Assembly: GCF_963921235.1 (NCBI RefSeq)
Contig: NC_086101.1
Location: forward strand, 2,046,001 to 2,108,000
Direction: 5' to 3'
DNA: 62,000 nucleotides
Source of the DNA: Mobula hypostoma
Taxonomy: Eukaryota
The translations under genes and the position numbers were made by a program. This document shows, one piece after another, positions 14,150 to 26,866 of this stretch. Every line of letters begins with the position of its first letter. The stretch's first letter is position 1. The notes under the pieces are model-generated. The model ran no database searches, was not told the DNA's origin, and saw only the letters and a list, made by a program, of their open reading frames with translations.

Positions 14150-14380
14150 AGCATGATATTTTACAGCTCCAGTGACCGGGGTTCAATTCCCGATGCTGTC
14201 TGTACATTCTCCCCGTGGCCCTCCCACATTTCAAAGGTTAGGGTTAGTAAGCTATGGGCATGTTATGCTGGTTCCAGAAGTATGGTCACATTTGTGGGCT
14301 GCCTCCAGCCAATCCTTGTGCTCTTGGTTGTCAACACAGAAAATGCATCTCACCATATGGATGACAAATAAAGCTAATCT
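14150..14380 (+). mobile_element. Decayed tRNA-derived SINE (related remnants near 27100-27270, 36880-37030, 39825-39920, 46575-46660, 48330-48605)
   Basis: B-box-like GGTTCAATTCC followed by TTCTCCCCGTG; the same arrangement recurs at other sites. Confidence 0.55.
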
Positions 14381-14897
14381 TCAGAGCCCATTTTTGCTTA
14401 TTTATTGCTGTATCTGCACTCTGGTCTTTAGTTTGTCATTTCTGATGAAGGGTCTTTGACCTCAAACATTATCTGTGGTTCCCTTCCATCACTACTGAAT
14501 ACCTCCAGTATTTTGCTTCTGTTTTATACATCATATCCTTTATTTCCCAATCTCTGAATCTCAGAGCTTTGCAAATTCTTGCCAGTCAGATAATGCCATT
14601 TTCACACTAAAATAGGCATAGAACAGTACAGGTTCTCTGGCCCACAGTATCGGGCTGATCTATTAACCTCTTCTAAGATGAATCAAATCCTTTCCTCCAT
14701 TTTCCTCTAATCCAAGTCTGTAAGATGCCCCTAGTGCATCAGCACCCCTGGCCCTGGCAGAGCATTTCTGTGTGTAAAGAAGCAACCTCTGCCATCCACC
14801 CTTTCACAGTTTCTGAGCTGCTGGCTCTGTGCCCCAGCGGGGAGGTATATGCAGGGGCCAGGCAGCTGGATCTCACCTTCTTGTCCTTCTGTTTCAG

Positions 14898-14957
14898 GTG
14901 AATGTGGCAACCCAGTGTGACCCCGAAGAAATCATCGTCTTGTCTGACTCTGACTGA
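14898..14957 (+). CDS. DAXX: DAXX last coding exon (C-terminal SUMO-interacting motif)
   Basis: Pyrimidine tract plus acceptor (cttcttgtccttctgtttcAG), then VNVATQCDPEEIIVLSDSD*. The last 17 residues match the recalled human DAXX C-terminus (TSVATQCDPEEIIVLSDSD). Upstream exons are not found in the window. Confidence 0.95.
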   Translation: MNVATQCDPEEIIVLSDSD

Positions 14958-17890
14958 AAGTGGTCAGTTCGCCTGGATCGTAGGGAGTTCTGTAAATCAG
15001 GGAAGTGGGGGGGTGGGGTGCTCGCATAGCTGCCTGTCTCTCGGATAACTGAAGTACTACAGAAGGGAACGTACGCTGCTGACAGTTCTGTTCTGTTATC
15101 TGGGCTTGAATCCTGATTGGGGCCAGAGGCTTGTTAATTAACTGCTCTGGGCTTTACTGACTGATGTTTTTCCCCCCTTTCTCCTGTCTGCTGGCCTAAT
15201 GCCCACTCCACTGCTCTGGGAGTGGGTTCACCAAGAAATGGTCAGTTTGTCCTGTGTTACCATAGAAGGTTGTTTTTAAAATGTGTACAAATGAATTATC
15301 TGCCACTTCAGTGAACAATAAGACAGGGACTTCTCAGATTGAGGTGACAGAACTTTATATAAAAGAAAATTGCTTAAAATTTGTCAACACTTGTTGCATA
15401 CTTTCCAAAAACCTGAAGTGGCTTGTGCAGTAGGATAAGCAAGAAGGCATTCAAGATGGTGATGTGAAGCCTAACTTTACAGGAATGACTTACAGATCTT
15501 CCCACAATTTCAGATGTTGAAGCTTTTCCCCAGTGCCATGTGCAGAAACCTTGCCTGGGGAGGGTCCTTGCCCAAGTGTGAGCTGTGCTGGTCTTGGTTT
15601 GTCACTGTCCCGATGAGCAGAGGTGGCCTCATCCAAGCTGAGGCCACATGGGTCTGTGGGGCTCTCCCTCTCCATGGGGTATCACACGGGGCTTTGATTC
15701 TCTCTGGCCCCGAGACCATTGGAGCCTGTGCTGTTAAGGAACTGGTTGAAGGCAGGCAGTTGGCCACTTTGCCTGGGTCAGATGCTGTTGAGATATTGGT
15801 ATCGTTGCTTGCCTCGGGTGGATTTGGAGTTTGTTATCTTTTCCAGTTTTTTACTGAAGGTCCCTGCAGTAGAGTTCTGTGTTAAACTTCAATTTGAAAA
15901 AAAACACACATTCTTGGTCACAAAGCAGTGAATTTACACCTGGAGTGCCTCCTATCAAAATCCCCATCAACTTTCCTCGGCAGACTTGCTGTTTTACTCC
16001 TCTCGCTGCAGTGGAGCTCCGAAAAGGTGGATAATGTTTGAATGCAGCGACACACAACAATGTATGTGCACGGTAAACAGCAAGAAAACCAGATCCCTCC
16101 TCCTAGCAGAAGTGAATGCACGTTATACACTGGATGAACTGTGGTCAAGTTCCTCTTCAAACCACGTGAGAATTGTTGTTGTTGAATAAAGGGCTTGTTT
16201 GCCCCTGTTCCTGAGCAGATACAGTGAACATCCCCTTTGATATGGCACCAAAATGAATGGTGGTGTTACCATTTGTGATGCCTGACCTGAGTGGTGTTAG
16301 TGACCGCTCTTCCTGAAGCTCCAATATGGGTGAGAATTAGATTCCTGTTTTACAAAGGAATCGATATCTCAATGAAAGCCCATTCAAGGCCATGCTCCAA
16401 GATCTGCTTTCATTGGCAACTCTTGCTACCAGTTGGCTTCTTGTAGAACCTGCCATTTTCTTACTCTAACGAGTCCTCCTCTCTCTTCCCATCCCCACCC
16501 CCAGCAAAGCATCCAGTGTCTCTTCCCCCAAGGGTTAACTTTAACAGGGAGGCCACCTCGTGTGACTGCCTGAGGATTAGATTGTGCACAGTTGTTTCAG
16601 TAGTCGTCTCCGGATGCTGCTGGCTATAGAGAGTGCAATTTAAAAGTGGTTTACGTTAGGCTGTTGAGTTTTCAGTATTAGGTTGTCGTCCTCCATGCAA
16701 CCCTTTTAACAGCAGTTACATGGGCTTTGCCACCCGCTCACTAGGTCAGGTTGGCTTGCTGGCACTGAGTACAGGGCACGGATGGAATTCTTAAGGACCA
16801 CTGTTAATGAGTAGCTTGGGGAAGGGAAGGGATAGGTTGGTTTAGATGGGTGTGCTTGTATGTGAGTACCTCTTTCTCAAAGGGTGATGGAAATAGCATT
16901 CACTGATGAACAAGTGATAAAGGGTGATCATGAATATTGAGTTGGAGTTGTCAGAGCAGCTGGCACCAACCCTCTCTACCAGCAAACTATATAACCATTT
17001 CTCCAAAGCACATATCTGATTTCTTTTGTGTAGATCAGTAAAATTTCTGGCCTGTTTTAATAAATACTTCCTGATCTTTTTGACTTGCTTTCTAAGGACA
17101 GCTGTTTTAGAAAGTTTATACAACAGTCTGGTCGTACATCATTCATTCATTCAGCTTCAACAAAGTCGGGGTTTCATTCCAGACTCGAAGAAACACAATG
17201 AGACCTTGGTTAAAGGCATGTCAGATATTTGCTCTCAAAATCCCTCAAATCCATTCTGCTCTGACTTGGTCACTGAACTTCCACAATACTCAGTAAAGAA
17301 ATTCCTCCTGAATGGTTATGCCCTTTTATTGTGGTTTCTGATTCTTTGGCCTTCCCATGTTTTCAATGCTAGGTGAGTCTTGTTAACTTGATCCTTTGTG
17401 ATCAAAGCGGATGAATTATTGTCCTCCTCCCCCAGCCCCAGTGTTACCTGAGATGACCAGAAGTTACCAACTACTCTGTAAACTGCCATGTCCCACCAAC
17501 GAGCAGAACAACACACAGAATGCTGCCGCAACTCAGCAGGCCAGGCAGCATTTGTGAAGGGGAATAAACAGTCGACGCTTTGGGCCGAGACCCTTCATGA
17601 AAACCTCTCTAGTGCACTGGCAGTTGAGACCCCAAGAGGGGTGCATGGTAAACAATGTGTCCCATCTGAAAGGAGGAGGAGCTGCTGACTTTATGTGGAT
17701 GGGAATGTTTTGATTTAGGAACCCCCAGTGTGGAGTTCAGAGCAACAATTGGGAAAATAATAAAAAACTGGAATGAAATGTCTTTCTCAAAGTTTACAAC
17801 ACACTTTTTTAAAATTCAATTTACTTTTGATTGTTGTCTTAAGGGCATTTGTTTGTTTGCTGTCATTAAAGGTATTTTTTGAATAAGTAA
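14958..17890 (+). other. DAXX: Probable DAXX 3' UTR
   Basis: TE-poor unique sequence after the stop codon. Candidate poly(A) signals: AATAAA 16185-16190, AATAAA ~17759-17764, ATTAAA 17865-17870. True end uncertain. Confidence 0.6.
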
Positions 17891-18864
17891 ATCTGGCTTA
17901 AATGTCATAGGTGTCTCTAAATCATTCTTCCATTCCCAGCTGCGGCCTGGCCTGCCCTGTCCCGATGTTTTGAACTGTGCTGAGTGTCTCTGTTGGATTT
18001 GTACAGGGAGCTGCTGCTCTGCTTGAGTCTTGGAAAGGTGCAGTATTGCAGAAAAGAGTGTATTCAGTGAAGATCTAGACTGAGACACTGCCAGGGGGCT
18101 ATCGATGATGGGGTTTGTTGTTTCCCAGCACTGGGTACAGAATACCGAGCAGCAGTGATCCCTACCTTCCTCCTTTCTTCCTGATCCTGAGAACTAGAAC
18201 ACCCAATGCAGGCATCTGCAAGCTCTGGGAACTGGTAGATAATGTGGAATTGGCCATTTTAACAGGAAATTAGTTATCTACAGAGGGAGTCCTGGGTCCT
18301 GCAGAGGCATCCAGATGTCCCCAACAGTAGGAACGTGTCTCACTGGTAAAGATTTCTTCGAGAATGATTAGGTCGGGTTAAGAGGGAGCTGAAGAAAAAT
18401 CTTACGCCCTGAATCTGGAACTGCCCAAAAGAATGGCGAAGCAAACTTCCCCACTAGACAAGTACTTGAAGATACTGATAAATGGAATGCGTACTTGGTC
18501 TGCAGGGACATGATGGGGTCAAGGGTCATTTTTATCTGCTAACTCCACAAAAGGAGGGGTGACTAGTAATAAAAATGCAAGTTTGAGATTTCTGTCAGAT
18601 GAAGACATTGGAGCAGAATTAGGCCATTCCATCGTCCCTGCTTCATTATCCCTCTCAATGCCATTCATCTCTTCACCTGCAGACAGTTGAGGCAACACAG
18701 ACACCCTCAACCACATGCACTGTGTAAATAGAGGCTGGGGCACTTCATCCCTGACCTCTGGAAGGGTTTGCAAGTCTCACTGGTTTCTTCAATCCCTAAG
18801 GAATGTCTCGGATGGGAAGAAACATGAGGACTGTCATCTCTGCACCTTTGTGGCTGCTTTACAA

Positions 18865-19340
18865 TCCATAAGACCATGAGATATAGGATCAGAATAGGCC
18901 AGTTGGCACTTTGAGTCAGCTGTGCCATTTCATCATGGCTGATCCAATCTGCCCTGACTGGAAAAAAAGAGCCTGTCAACATCTGCCTTCAATATACTCA
19001 ATGACTTGGTCTCCAAAACTGCCTGTGGTGACAAGTTCCACAGATACACCACTTTGGCTAAAGAAAATCCACCTCTTCTCTGTTCTGAATGGACATCCCT
19101 CTATTCTGAGGCTGTGTCCTCTGATCTTAGAATCTCCCGCTATAGAAAACATTTACTCAATTGAGGCCTTTCACCATTCGATAGGCATCAATGAGACTTT
19201 TATACACACACACACACAATTTTTTCTGAATTCCAATGAGTGCCCAGAGCCATTAAACACTCATATGACAAGCCTAATCTGGAATCATTTCTGTGAACCT
19301 CTGAACCCTCTTCAATGTTAGCATATCCTTTCTTAGATTA
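18865..19340 (-). mobile_element. Decayed CR1 3' fragment
   Basis: Reverse complement of the CR1 3' end seen elsewhere in the window. Confidence 0.65.
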
Positions 19341-19399
19341 AAGTTGAGAGCTTAACATACGGTGAACACTCAATAATACATTTATTACTTTAGAAGGTG

Positions 19400-21445
19400 G
19401 GGGGAGGTGGATGCGGGGTGGTGCGCAGTGACCAGGCGTGAGGTCTGGTGCTGTGGCTCAAGAGCAGAGAGGTGAAGAGAGCTACAGTGGTAAGAGATTC
19501 CACAGAGATGAGATTCTGTGGATGTGATAGAGACACCCAAATGGGAAGTTGCTTCCCAGGTGCTAGTGTCAGAGATTTTAGGGAGCTAGGTAGAAGGCTG
19601 AAAAGCAGGACCTCTGAGGTAGCAATCTCTGTATTGCTGCCTGTGCCACATGCCAGTGAGGGTGGGAATTGGCTGGTGAATGTGTGTGTGTGTCTCAGGA
19701 AGTGGGGCAGGGGTTCAGATTTATGCATCATTGGGATCTCTTTTAGGGAAGGTACAATCTACAAAACGGACGCATTACACTTGAACCTTAGGGAGACCAA
19801 AATCCTTCCGGGTGAGTTTGCTAGAGTTGTTGGTGAGAGTTTAAACTAATTTGACGGGGGGAGGGGGAGAACCAAAGTGATAGTCCTGAGGATGAGGTGG
19901 TTGGTTTTCAAACAGGCACTGTATAGTAAGACTCCAGGAAGGAGAGGCTGATGATATGACGAAATTACAGTCAATAGGAAGAGTTGCAGTGTAAACACCG
20001 GACAAAATTAAAAGGTTGAATATGGGACTGAAAGTTATATTTGAATGCATGGAATATACTGAATAAGGTAGATGAACTTGTAGCAGTTACAGATTAGCAT
20101 GTATGATGTGAGCATCACTGAACTATGACTGAAAGAAGATTATAGCTGGGAGCTTAACGTCCAAGCATGCACATTGTATGGTTGTATGGAAAGGACAGGC
20201 AGAGGGAATGGTGTGGTTCTTGTAGGAAAAAATGAACTCAAATCATTAGAAAAATGACATGTTGAAAGATGTTAAGAGAAATAGATAGAGTGGACAGCTG
20301 GCGCCTCTTCCCCAGGGCACCACTGCTCAATACAAGAGGACGTGGCATTAAGGTAAAGGGTGGGAAGTTCAAGGGGGATATTAGAGGAAGGTTTTTTTTA
20401 CTCAGAGAGTGGTTGGTGTGTGGAATGCACTGCCTGAGTCAGTGGTGGAGGCAGATACACTAGTGAAATTTAAGAGACTCTTAGACAGGTATATGGAGGA
20501 ATTTAAGGTGGGGGGGGTTATATGAGAGGTAGGGTTTAAGGGTCGGCACAACATTGTGGGCCGAAGGGCCTGTAATGTGCTGTACCCTTCTATGTTCTAA
20601 GATGTATAATCATGAGTAGAACAAAGAAACTGCAAGAGTGAAAAGACCCAGATGGGAGTTGTATAGAGACTGCCAGAATAGTAAGGATGTGGTCTACATA
20701 TTACAAGAGGAGATAAAAAATGAATACCAAAATGTGTAATGTTATGGGCAATTTCAAATTCCAGGTTAATTGGGAAAAATGGGTTGGTGCTGGATCCCAA
20801 GAGGGGATTTTCTAGAATGCCTGCGAGATGACAAGAGAAGTCAAAACCCAACATAAAAGCCAAAGAGAGACCATATAATAGAGCAAAACAGTGGGAGGTT
20901 AGCAGATCAGGAAGTTTTTAAAAACCAACATAAGGCAACTAAAACAACTCACTGTGAAAAGGAAAAGATGGAATACAAAAATTATCTTGCCAATCATATG
21001 AAAGAGGATACCAAAGGTTTCTTCAGACAGATAAAAGTGTAAAAGAGAGGTGAGAGTGGATATCAAACCGCTGGAAAGCAACGCTCACGAGATGGTAATG
21101 GGGGTCAAGGAAATTGTCTCATTCCACTCTTTAAGAACGGAGAGAGGCAGTAAAAGAAACTGTAGGCCCGTTACTTGACCTCAGTGGTGGGGAGGATGTT
21201 GGAGTTGATTGTTAAGGATGTGTTTTTGAGGTACTTAGAGGCACATGATAAAATAGGCTGTAGTCAGCATGGTTTCCTCAAGGGAAAATCTTGCTTGACA
21301 AATCTGTTGTAATTATTTGAAGAAATAACAAGCAGGATAGACAAAAAAGAATTGGTTGATGTGTGCTTGAATTTTCAGAAGGCATTTAACAAGGTGCCAC
21401 ACATGAGGCTGCTTAACAAGTTAAGAGCCTGTAGTATTACAGAAG
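19400..21445 (+). mobile_element. Old CR1 with ORF1 esterase remnant and decayed ORF2; a younger CR1 3' piece is inserted at ~20268-20597
   Basis: ORF 19448-19849 has RFCG, FPGA, LLPVP and DALHLN matching ORF1 of the element at 55947; later QHGFLKGKSCLTNL. Confidence 0.75.
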
Positions 21446-21446
21446 A

Positions 21447-22185
21447 GAATTGAATTGACTTCATTACCTACATCCTTCCTATACTTGAGTAAAAATCTTT
21501 ACGTTACATCTCCATCTAAATGTGCAATTTATAGTAATTTAAAATACATAGTATGTACAACAGGACAGTCAATATAACATAGAAATATCAGCATGAATTA
21601 ATCAGTGGCCTGATGGAAGAAGCTGTCCCGGAGCCTGTTGGTCCTGGCTTTTATGCTGCAGTGCCATTTCCAGATGGTAGCAGCTGGAACAGTTTCTGGT
21701 TGGGGTGACTCGGGTTCCCAATGATCCTTTGGGCCTTTTTTACACGCCTGTCTTTGTAAATGTCCAGAATAGTGAGAAGTTCACATCCACAGATGTGCTG
21801 GGCTGTCTGCACCACTCTCTGCAGAGTCCTGCGATTGAGGGAAATACAGTTCCCATACCAGGCAGTGATGCAGCCAGTTGGGATGTTCTCAATTGTGCCC
21901 CTGTAGAAAGTTCTTAGGATTTGGGGGCCCGTACCAAATTTCTTCAACCGTTGGAGGTGAAAGAGGTGCTGTTGTGCTTTTTTCACAGCACAGCCGGTAT
22001 GTACAGACCATGTGAGATCCTCGATGATGTGTATATCAAGGAACCATTCACCCTCTCATCCCCCAGCTCCATTGATGTCATTGGGGGTTAGTCTGTCTCC
22101 ATTCCTCTTGTAGTTCACAATCAGCTCCTTTGTTTTTGCGACATTGAAGGAGAGGTTGTTTTCTTGACACCACAGTGTCAGGATG
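21447..22185 (-). mobile_element. Rex1/Babar-like retrotransposon 3' fragment
   Basis: KKAQQHLFHLQRLKKFG..FYRGTIENIPTGCITAWYGNC..HPNQKLFQLLPSG; (AATTG)n tail at ~21448. Confidence 0.8.
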
Positions 22186-22192
22186 ATGAGTT

Positions 22193-24410
22193 CTTAAAGA
22201 GGGGTAACTTTGAAGGTGTGAGACTTGAATTAGCTAAGATAGACTGGCAAATGACACTTAAAGGATTGACGGTGGATATGCAATGGCAAGCATTTAAAGA
22301 TTGCATGGATGAACTACAACAATTGTTCATCCCAGTTTGGCAAAAGAATAAATCAAGGAAGGTAGCGCACCCGTGGCTGACAAGAGAAATTAGGGATAGT
22401 ATCAATTCCAAAGAAGTAGCATACAAATTAGCCAGAAAAAGTGGCTCTCCTGAGGACTGGGAGAAATTCAGAGTTCAGCAGAGGAGGGCAAAGGGCTTAA
22501 TTAGGAAGGGGAAAAAAGATTATGAGAGAAAACTGGCAGGGAACATAAAAACTGACTGTAAAAGCTTTTATAGATAAATAAAAGGGAAAAGACTGGTAAA
22601 GACAAATGTAGGTCCCCTACAGACAGAAACAGGTGAATTGATTATGGGGAGCAAGGACATGGCAGACCAATTGAATAATTACTTTGGTTCTGTCTTCACT
22701 AAGGAGGACATAAATAATCTTCCAGAAATAGTAGGGGACAGAGGGTCCAGTGAGATGGAGGAACTGAGCGAAATACATGTTAGTAGGGAAGTGGTGTTGG
22801 GTAAATTGAAGGGATTAAAGGCAGATAAATCCCCAGGGCCAGATGGTCCGCATCCCAGAGTGCTTAAGGAAGTAGCCCAAGAAATAGTGGATGCATTAGT
22901 GATAATTTTTCAAAACTCGTTAGATTCTGGACTAGTTCCTGAGGATTGGAGGGTGGCTAATGTAACCCCACTTTTTAAAAAAGGAGGGAGAGAGAAACCG
23001 GGGAATTATAGACCAGTTAGCTTAACGTCAGTGGTGGGGAAACTGCTGGAGTCAGTTATCAAGGATGTGATAACAGCACATTTGGAAAGCGGTGAAATCA
23101 TCGGACAAAGTCAGCATGGATTTGTGAAAGGAAAATCATGTCTGACGAATCTCATAGAATTTTTTGAGGATGTAACTAGTAGAGTGGATAGGGGAGAACC
23201 AGTGGATGTGCTATATTTGGATTTTCAAAAGGCTTTTGACAAGGTCCCACACAGGAGATTAGTGTGCAAACTTAAAGCACACGGTATTGGGGGTAAGGTA
23301 TTGATGTGGATAGAGAATTGGTTCGCAGACAGGAAGCAAAGAGTGGGAATAAACGGGACCTTTTCAGAATGGCAGGCGGTGACTAGTGGGGTACCGCAAG
23401 GCTCAGTGCTGGGACCCCAGTTGTTTACAATATATATTAATGACTTGGATGAGGGAATTAAATGCAGCATCTCCAAGTTTGTGGATGACACGAAGCTGGG
23501 TGGCAGTGTTAGCGGTGAGGAGGATGCTAAGAGGATACAGAGTGACTTGGATAGGTTAGGTAAGTGGGCAAATTCATGGCAGATGCAATTTAATGTGGAT
23601 AAATGTGAAGTTATCCACTTTGGCGGCAAAAATAGGAAAACAGGTTATTATCTGAATGGTGGCCGATTAGGAAAAGGGGAGGTGCAACGAGACCTGGGTG
23701 TCATTATACACCAGTCATTGAAAATGGGCATGCAGGTACAGCAGGCAGTGAAAAAGGCGAATGGTATGCTGGCATTTATAGCGAGAGGATTCGAGTACAG
23801 GAGCAGGGAGGTACTACTGCAGTTGTACAAGGCCTTGGTGAGACCACACCTGGAGTATTGTGTGCAGTTCTGGTCCCCTAATCTGAGGAAAGACATCCTT
23901 GCCATAGAGGGAGTACAAAGAAGGTTCACCAGATTGATTCCTGGGATGGCAGGACTTTCATATGAAGAAAGACTGGATGAACTGGGCTTGTACTCGTTGG
24001 AATTTAGAAGATTGAGGGGGGATCTGATTGAAACGTATAAAATCTTAAAGGGATTGGACAGGCTAGATGCAGGAAGATTGTTCCCGATGTTGGGGAAGTC
24101 CAGAACGAGGGGTCACAGTTTGAGGATAAAGGGGAAGCCTTTTAGGACTGAGATTAGGAAAAACTTCTTCACACAGAGAGTGGTGAATCTGTGGAATTCT
24201 CTGCCACAGGGAACAGTTGAGGCCAGTTCATTGGCTATGTTTAAGAGGGAGTTAGATGTGGCCCTTGTGGCTACGGGGGTCAGGGGGTATGGAGGGAAGG
24301 CTGGTACAGGGTTCTGAGTTGGATGATCAGCCATGATCATAATAAATGGCGGTGCAGGCTCGAGGGCCGAATGGTCTACTCCTGCACCTATTTTGTATGT
24401 TTCTATGTTT
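22193..24410 (+). mobile_element. Young 5'-truncated CR1 LINE (family A) with uninterrupted 559-aa RT ORF
   Basis: ORF 22638-24317 with [10 protein letters not shown] and FVDD (FADD in other copies); tail TATGTTTCTATGTTT. Confidence 0.95.
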
Positions 24411-25550
24411 CAACTTGAACTGCCGTGTCACTGCTCCAGCCCTACATAACTGCTGGTGCCTCGGCAGGTGTTTCATCCGATGTCACAGCTCACTTTGCTG
24501 AGAGTTGGGCAGAATTGCTGGACATGTGTTGGACAACAACAGCAGGGTCTATGGGACCCGTGGAGGAACACACAGACTTCTGCAGTAATACCCATTTACA
24601 GACAAGCAGAGCAAAGGCCTGGGTTGGAATTGGTTAACTGCAGGGTTTGCCATCCATCCGTGACTCCAGCCTGTTAACAAACGCCCTGCCTATCTGTACA
24701 AATCAATCTGCTGTGGCCAGACAGCCAGTGCACTGGGCAAAGGAAACCCTTTTGCACTGAGAGGCTCCACTAGCTGTCCACGAGAGGAGATGGTCTATCC
24801 AGCTGCCTCTGGGTGGATGGACATTGGAAAGGAAGATGGTAAGGAATGGCAATGGTAGATAAGATGGTGGAGGGAGGGAATTCTAGGCTCAGGACCACTG
24901 CTTCATCTCACCTCTTCTGACAATAACCGATGTACTCTGTAAACCTGAGCTCATCTGGAAGTGTTGTCCCTGTCCGAACTATTGCAGTCCTGTTAACCGT
25001 TCACCTCTGTGCTGACTGAATGGTTCAGCAACATCTTACCCTTTTCTGTCCCCGTAATTTCCTGCACCCTGACCACTGCCCCTGCTCAGCACCATACTTA
25101 ACTGCTGGAGCTGGCTAAGGGTCCGAACCACAGAAATCGCTCCTCACGCGGCCTTGCCTCTCTCCTCAACCGGAAACTTGCCACTTTCAGCAAAGGTCAC
25201 CATCAGGAGGCTGATGCAGGTTATTCTGGATAGAATGGAACTATTGACAGTAACAATCATATCATCTGATTGGGGAGCTCCTGCCAAAGTGTCCCATTTG
25301 CAAACATGGGGACTGTTCACTTTGCAAATTGGGTTGGAGACGAAACAGATTGAGCAGCAGGTTGCTACGTGTTGACCTGCTCCCACGTTGGTGCAGTGTC
25401 CCTGCCACCAGCAGCAGTCCTCTCTCCCCACCCCACAACATTTTTAAACATTCTCTCCACAGCAACTTCATTTTCAAACTCAATCGTATCAAGGCAGCCA
25501 AGAACCACCTAAATGATGTTCTGAGCCATTTCAATGGGTTTAATTACACT

Positions 25551-25622
25551 TCAGCCCACTGGTTGTTCATCTTCCTTTTTGTCATGCTCCTCCTCACTTT
25601 CTTCATCTTCTTGGGAGGTGCT
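25551..25622 (-). CDS. CD47-like multipass gene: terminal coding exon (acidic tail STSQEDEESEEEHDKKEDEQPVG*)
   Basis: Acceptor ctgttctgtgttcttccgtgtgccctgcAG; phase 0 fits the 35-nt upstream exon; TGA at 25551-25553; ATTAAA just downstream. Confidence 0.65.
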   Translation of the reverse strand, partial: STSQEDEESEEEHDKKEDEQPVG

Positions 25623-25684
25623 CTGCAGGGCACACGGAAGAACACAGAACAGATTTAAAACAGGAAGACAGCCTGGCTATTGTG

Positions 25685-26866
25685 CAACACACATCAAAGT
25701 TGCTGGTGAACACAGCAGGCCAGGCAGCATCGCTAGGAAGAGGTACAGTCGACGTTTCAGGCCGAGACCCTTCGTCAGGACTAACTGAAGGAAGGGTGAG
25801 TAAGAGGTTTGAAAGTGGGAGGGGGAGGGGAGATCCAAAATGATAGGAGAAGACAGGAGGGGGAGGGATGGAGCCAAGAGCTGGACAGGTGATAGGCAAA
25901 AGGGATACAAGGCTGGAGAAGGGAGAGGATCATGGGACGGGAGGCCTAGGGAGAAAGAAAGGGGAAGCCAGAGGCTGGTGGGGTGGTAGGTGAGGACCAG
26001 GGGAACCCTATTCCTAGTGGGGTGGCGGGAGGATGGAGTGAGAGCAGATGTGTGTGAAATGGGGGAGATGCGTTTAAGAGCAGAGTTGATAGTGGAGGAA
26101 GAGAAGCCCCTTTCTTTAAAAAAGGAGGACATCTCCTTTGTCCTGGAATGAAAAGTCTCATCCTGAGAGCAGATGCAGCGGAGACGGAGGAATTGCAAGA
26201 AGGGGATGGCGGGGAGACCGTTTCGCTGAACACCTACGCTCTGTCCACCAGAGAAAGCAGGATCACCCAGTGGCCACACATTTTAATTCCACATCCCATT
26301 CCCATTCTGACATGTCTATCCACGGCCTCCTCTACTGTAAAGATAAAGCCACACTCAGGTTGGAGGAACAACACCTTATATTCTGTCTGGGTAGCCTCCA
26401 ACCTGATGGCATGAACATTGACTTCTCAAACTTCCGCTAATGCCCCACCTCCCCCTCGTACCCCATCCGGTATTTATTTATTATTATTTTTTTCTTTTCC
26501 CTTTTTTCTCTCAATTTTTTCTCCCTTTGTCCCTCTCACTATACCCTTTGCCCATCCTCTGCTTCCCCTCCCCCTTTCTTTCTCCCTAGGCCTCCCGTCC
26601 CATGATCCTCCCCCTTCTCCACTCTCGTATCCCTTTTGCCAAACATCTGCCCAGCTCTTGGCTCCATCCCTCCCCTCCTGTATTCTCCTATCATTTCGGA
26701 TCTCCCCCTCCCACTTTCAAATCTCTTACTATTTTGTCTTTCAGTTAGTCCTGGCGAAGGGTCTCGGTCCAAAATGTCGACTGTACCTCTTCCTAGAGAT
26801 GCTGCCTGGCCTGCTGCGTTCACCAGCATTTTTTATGCGTGTTGCTTGAATTTCCAGCATCCTTGT
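25685..26866. mobile_element. Penelope-like element (GIY-YIG C-terminus) with inverted pseudo-LTR
   Basis: RFAEHLRSV..PVATHFNS.SHS..RLEEQHLIF.LGSLQPDGMN at 26138-26440. ~25685-25960 is inverted relative to ~26570-26845. Near-perfect TSD GCCT(G)GCTATTGTG at 25671-25684 and 26867-26879. Confidence 0.88.
25747..25782 (-). ncRNA. Minimal type-I hammerhead ribozyme motif in Penelope pLTR
   Basis: Minus strand reads AGTC-CTGACGA-aGGGTCtcGGCCT-GAAA-CG-TC-GACT; stem I is AGTC/GACT. Confidence 0.7.

Noticed and set aside
15490..18088. Short ORFs downstream of the DAXX stop
   Set aside because: No recognisable domains or splice-consistent structure; consistent with 3' UTR.
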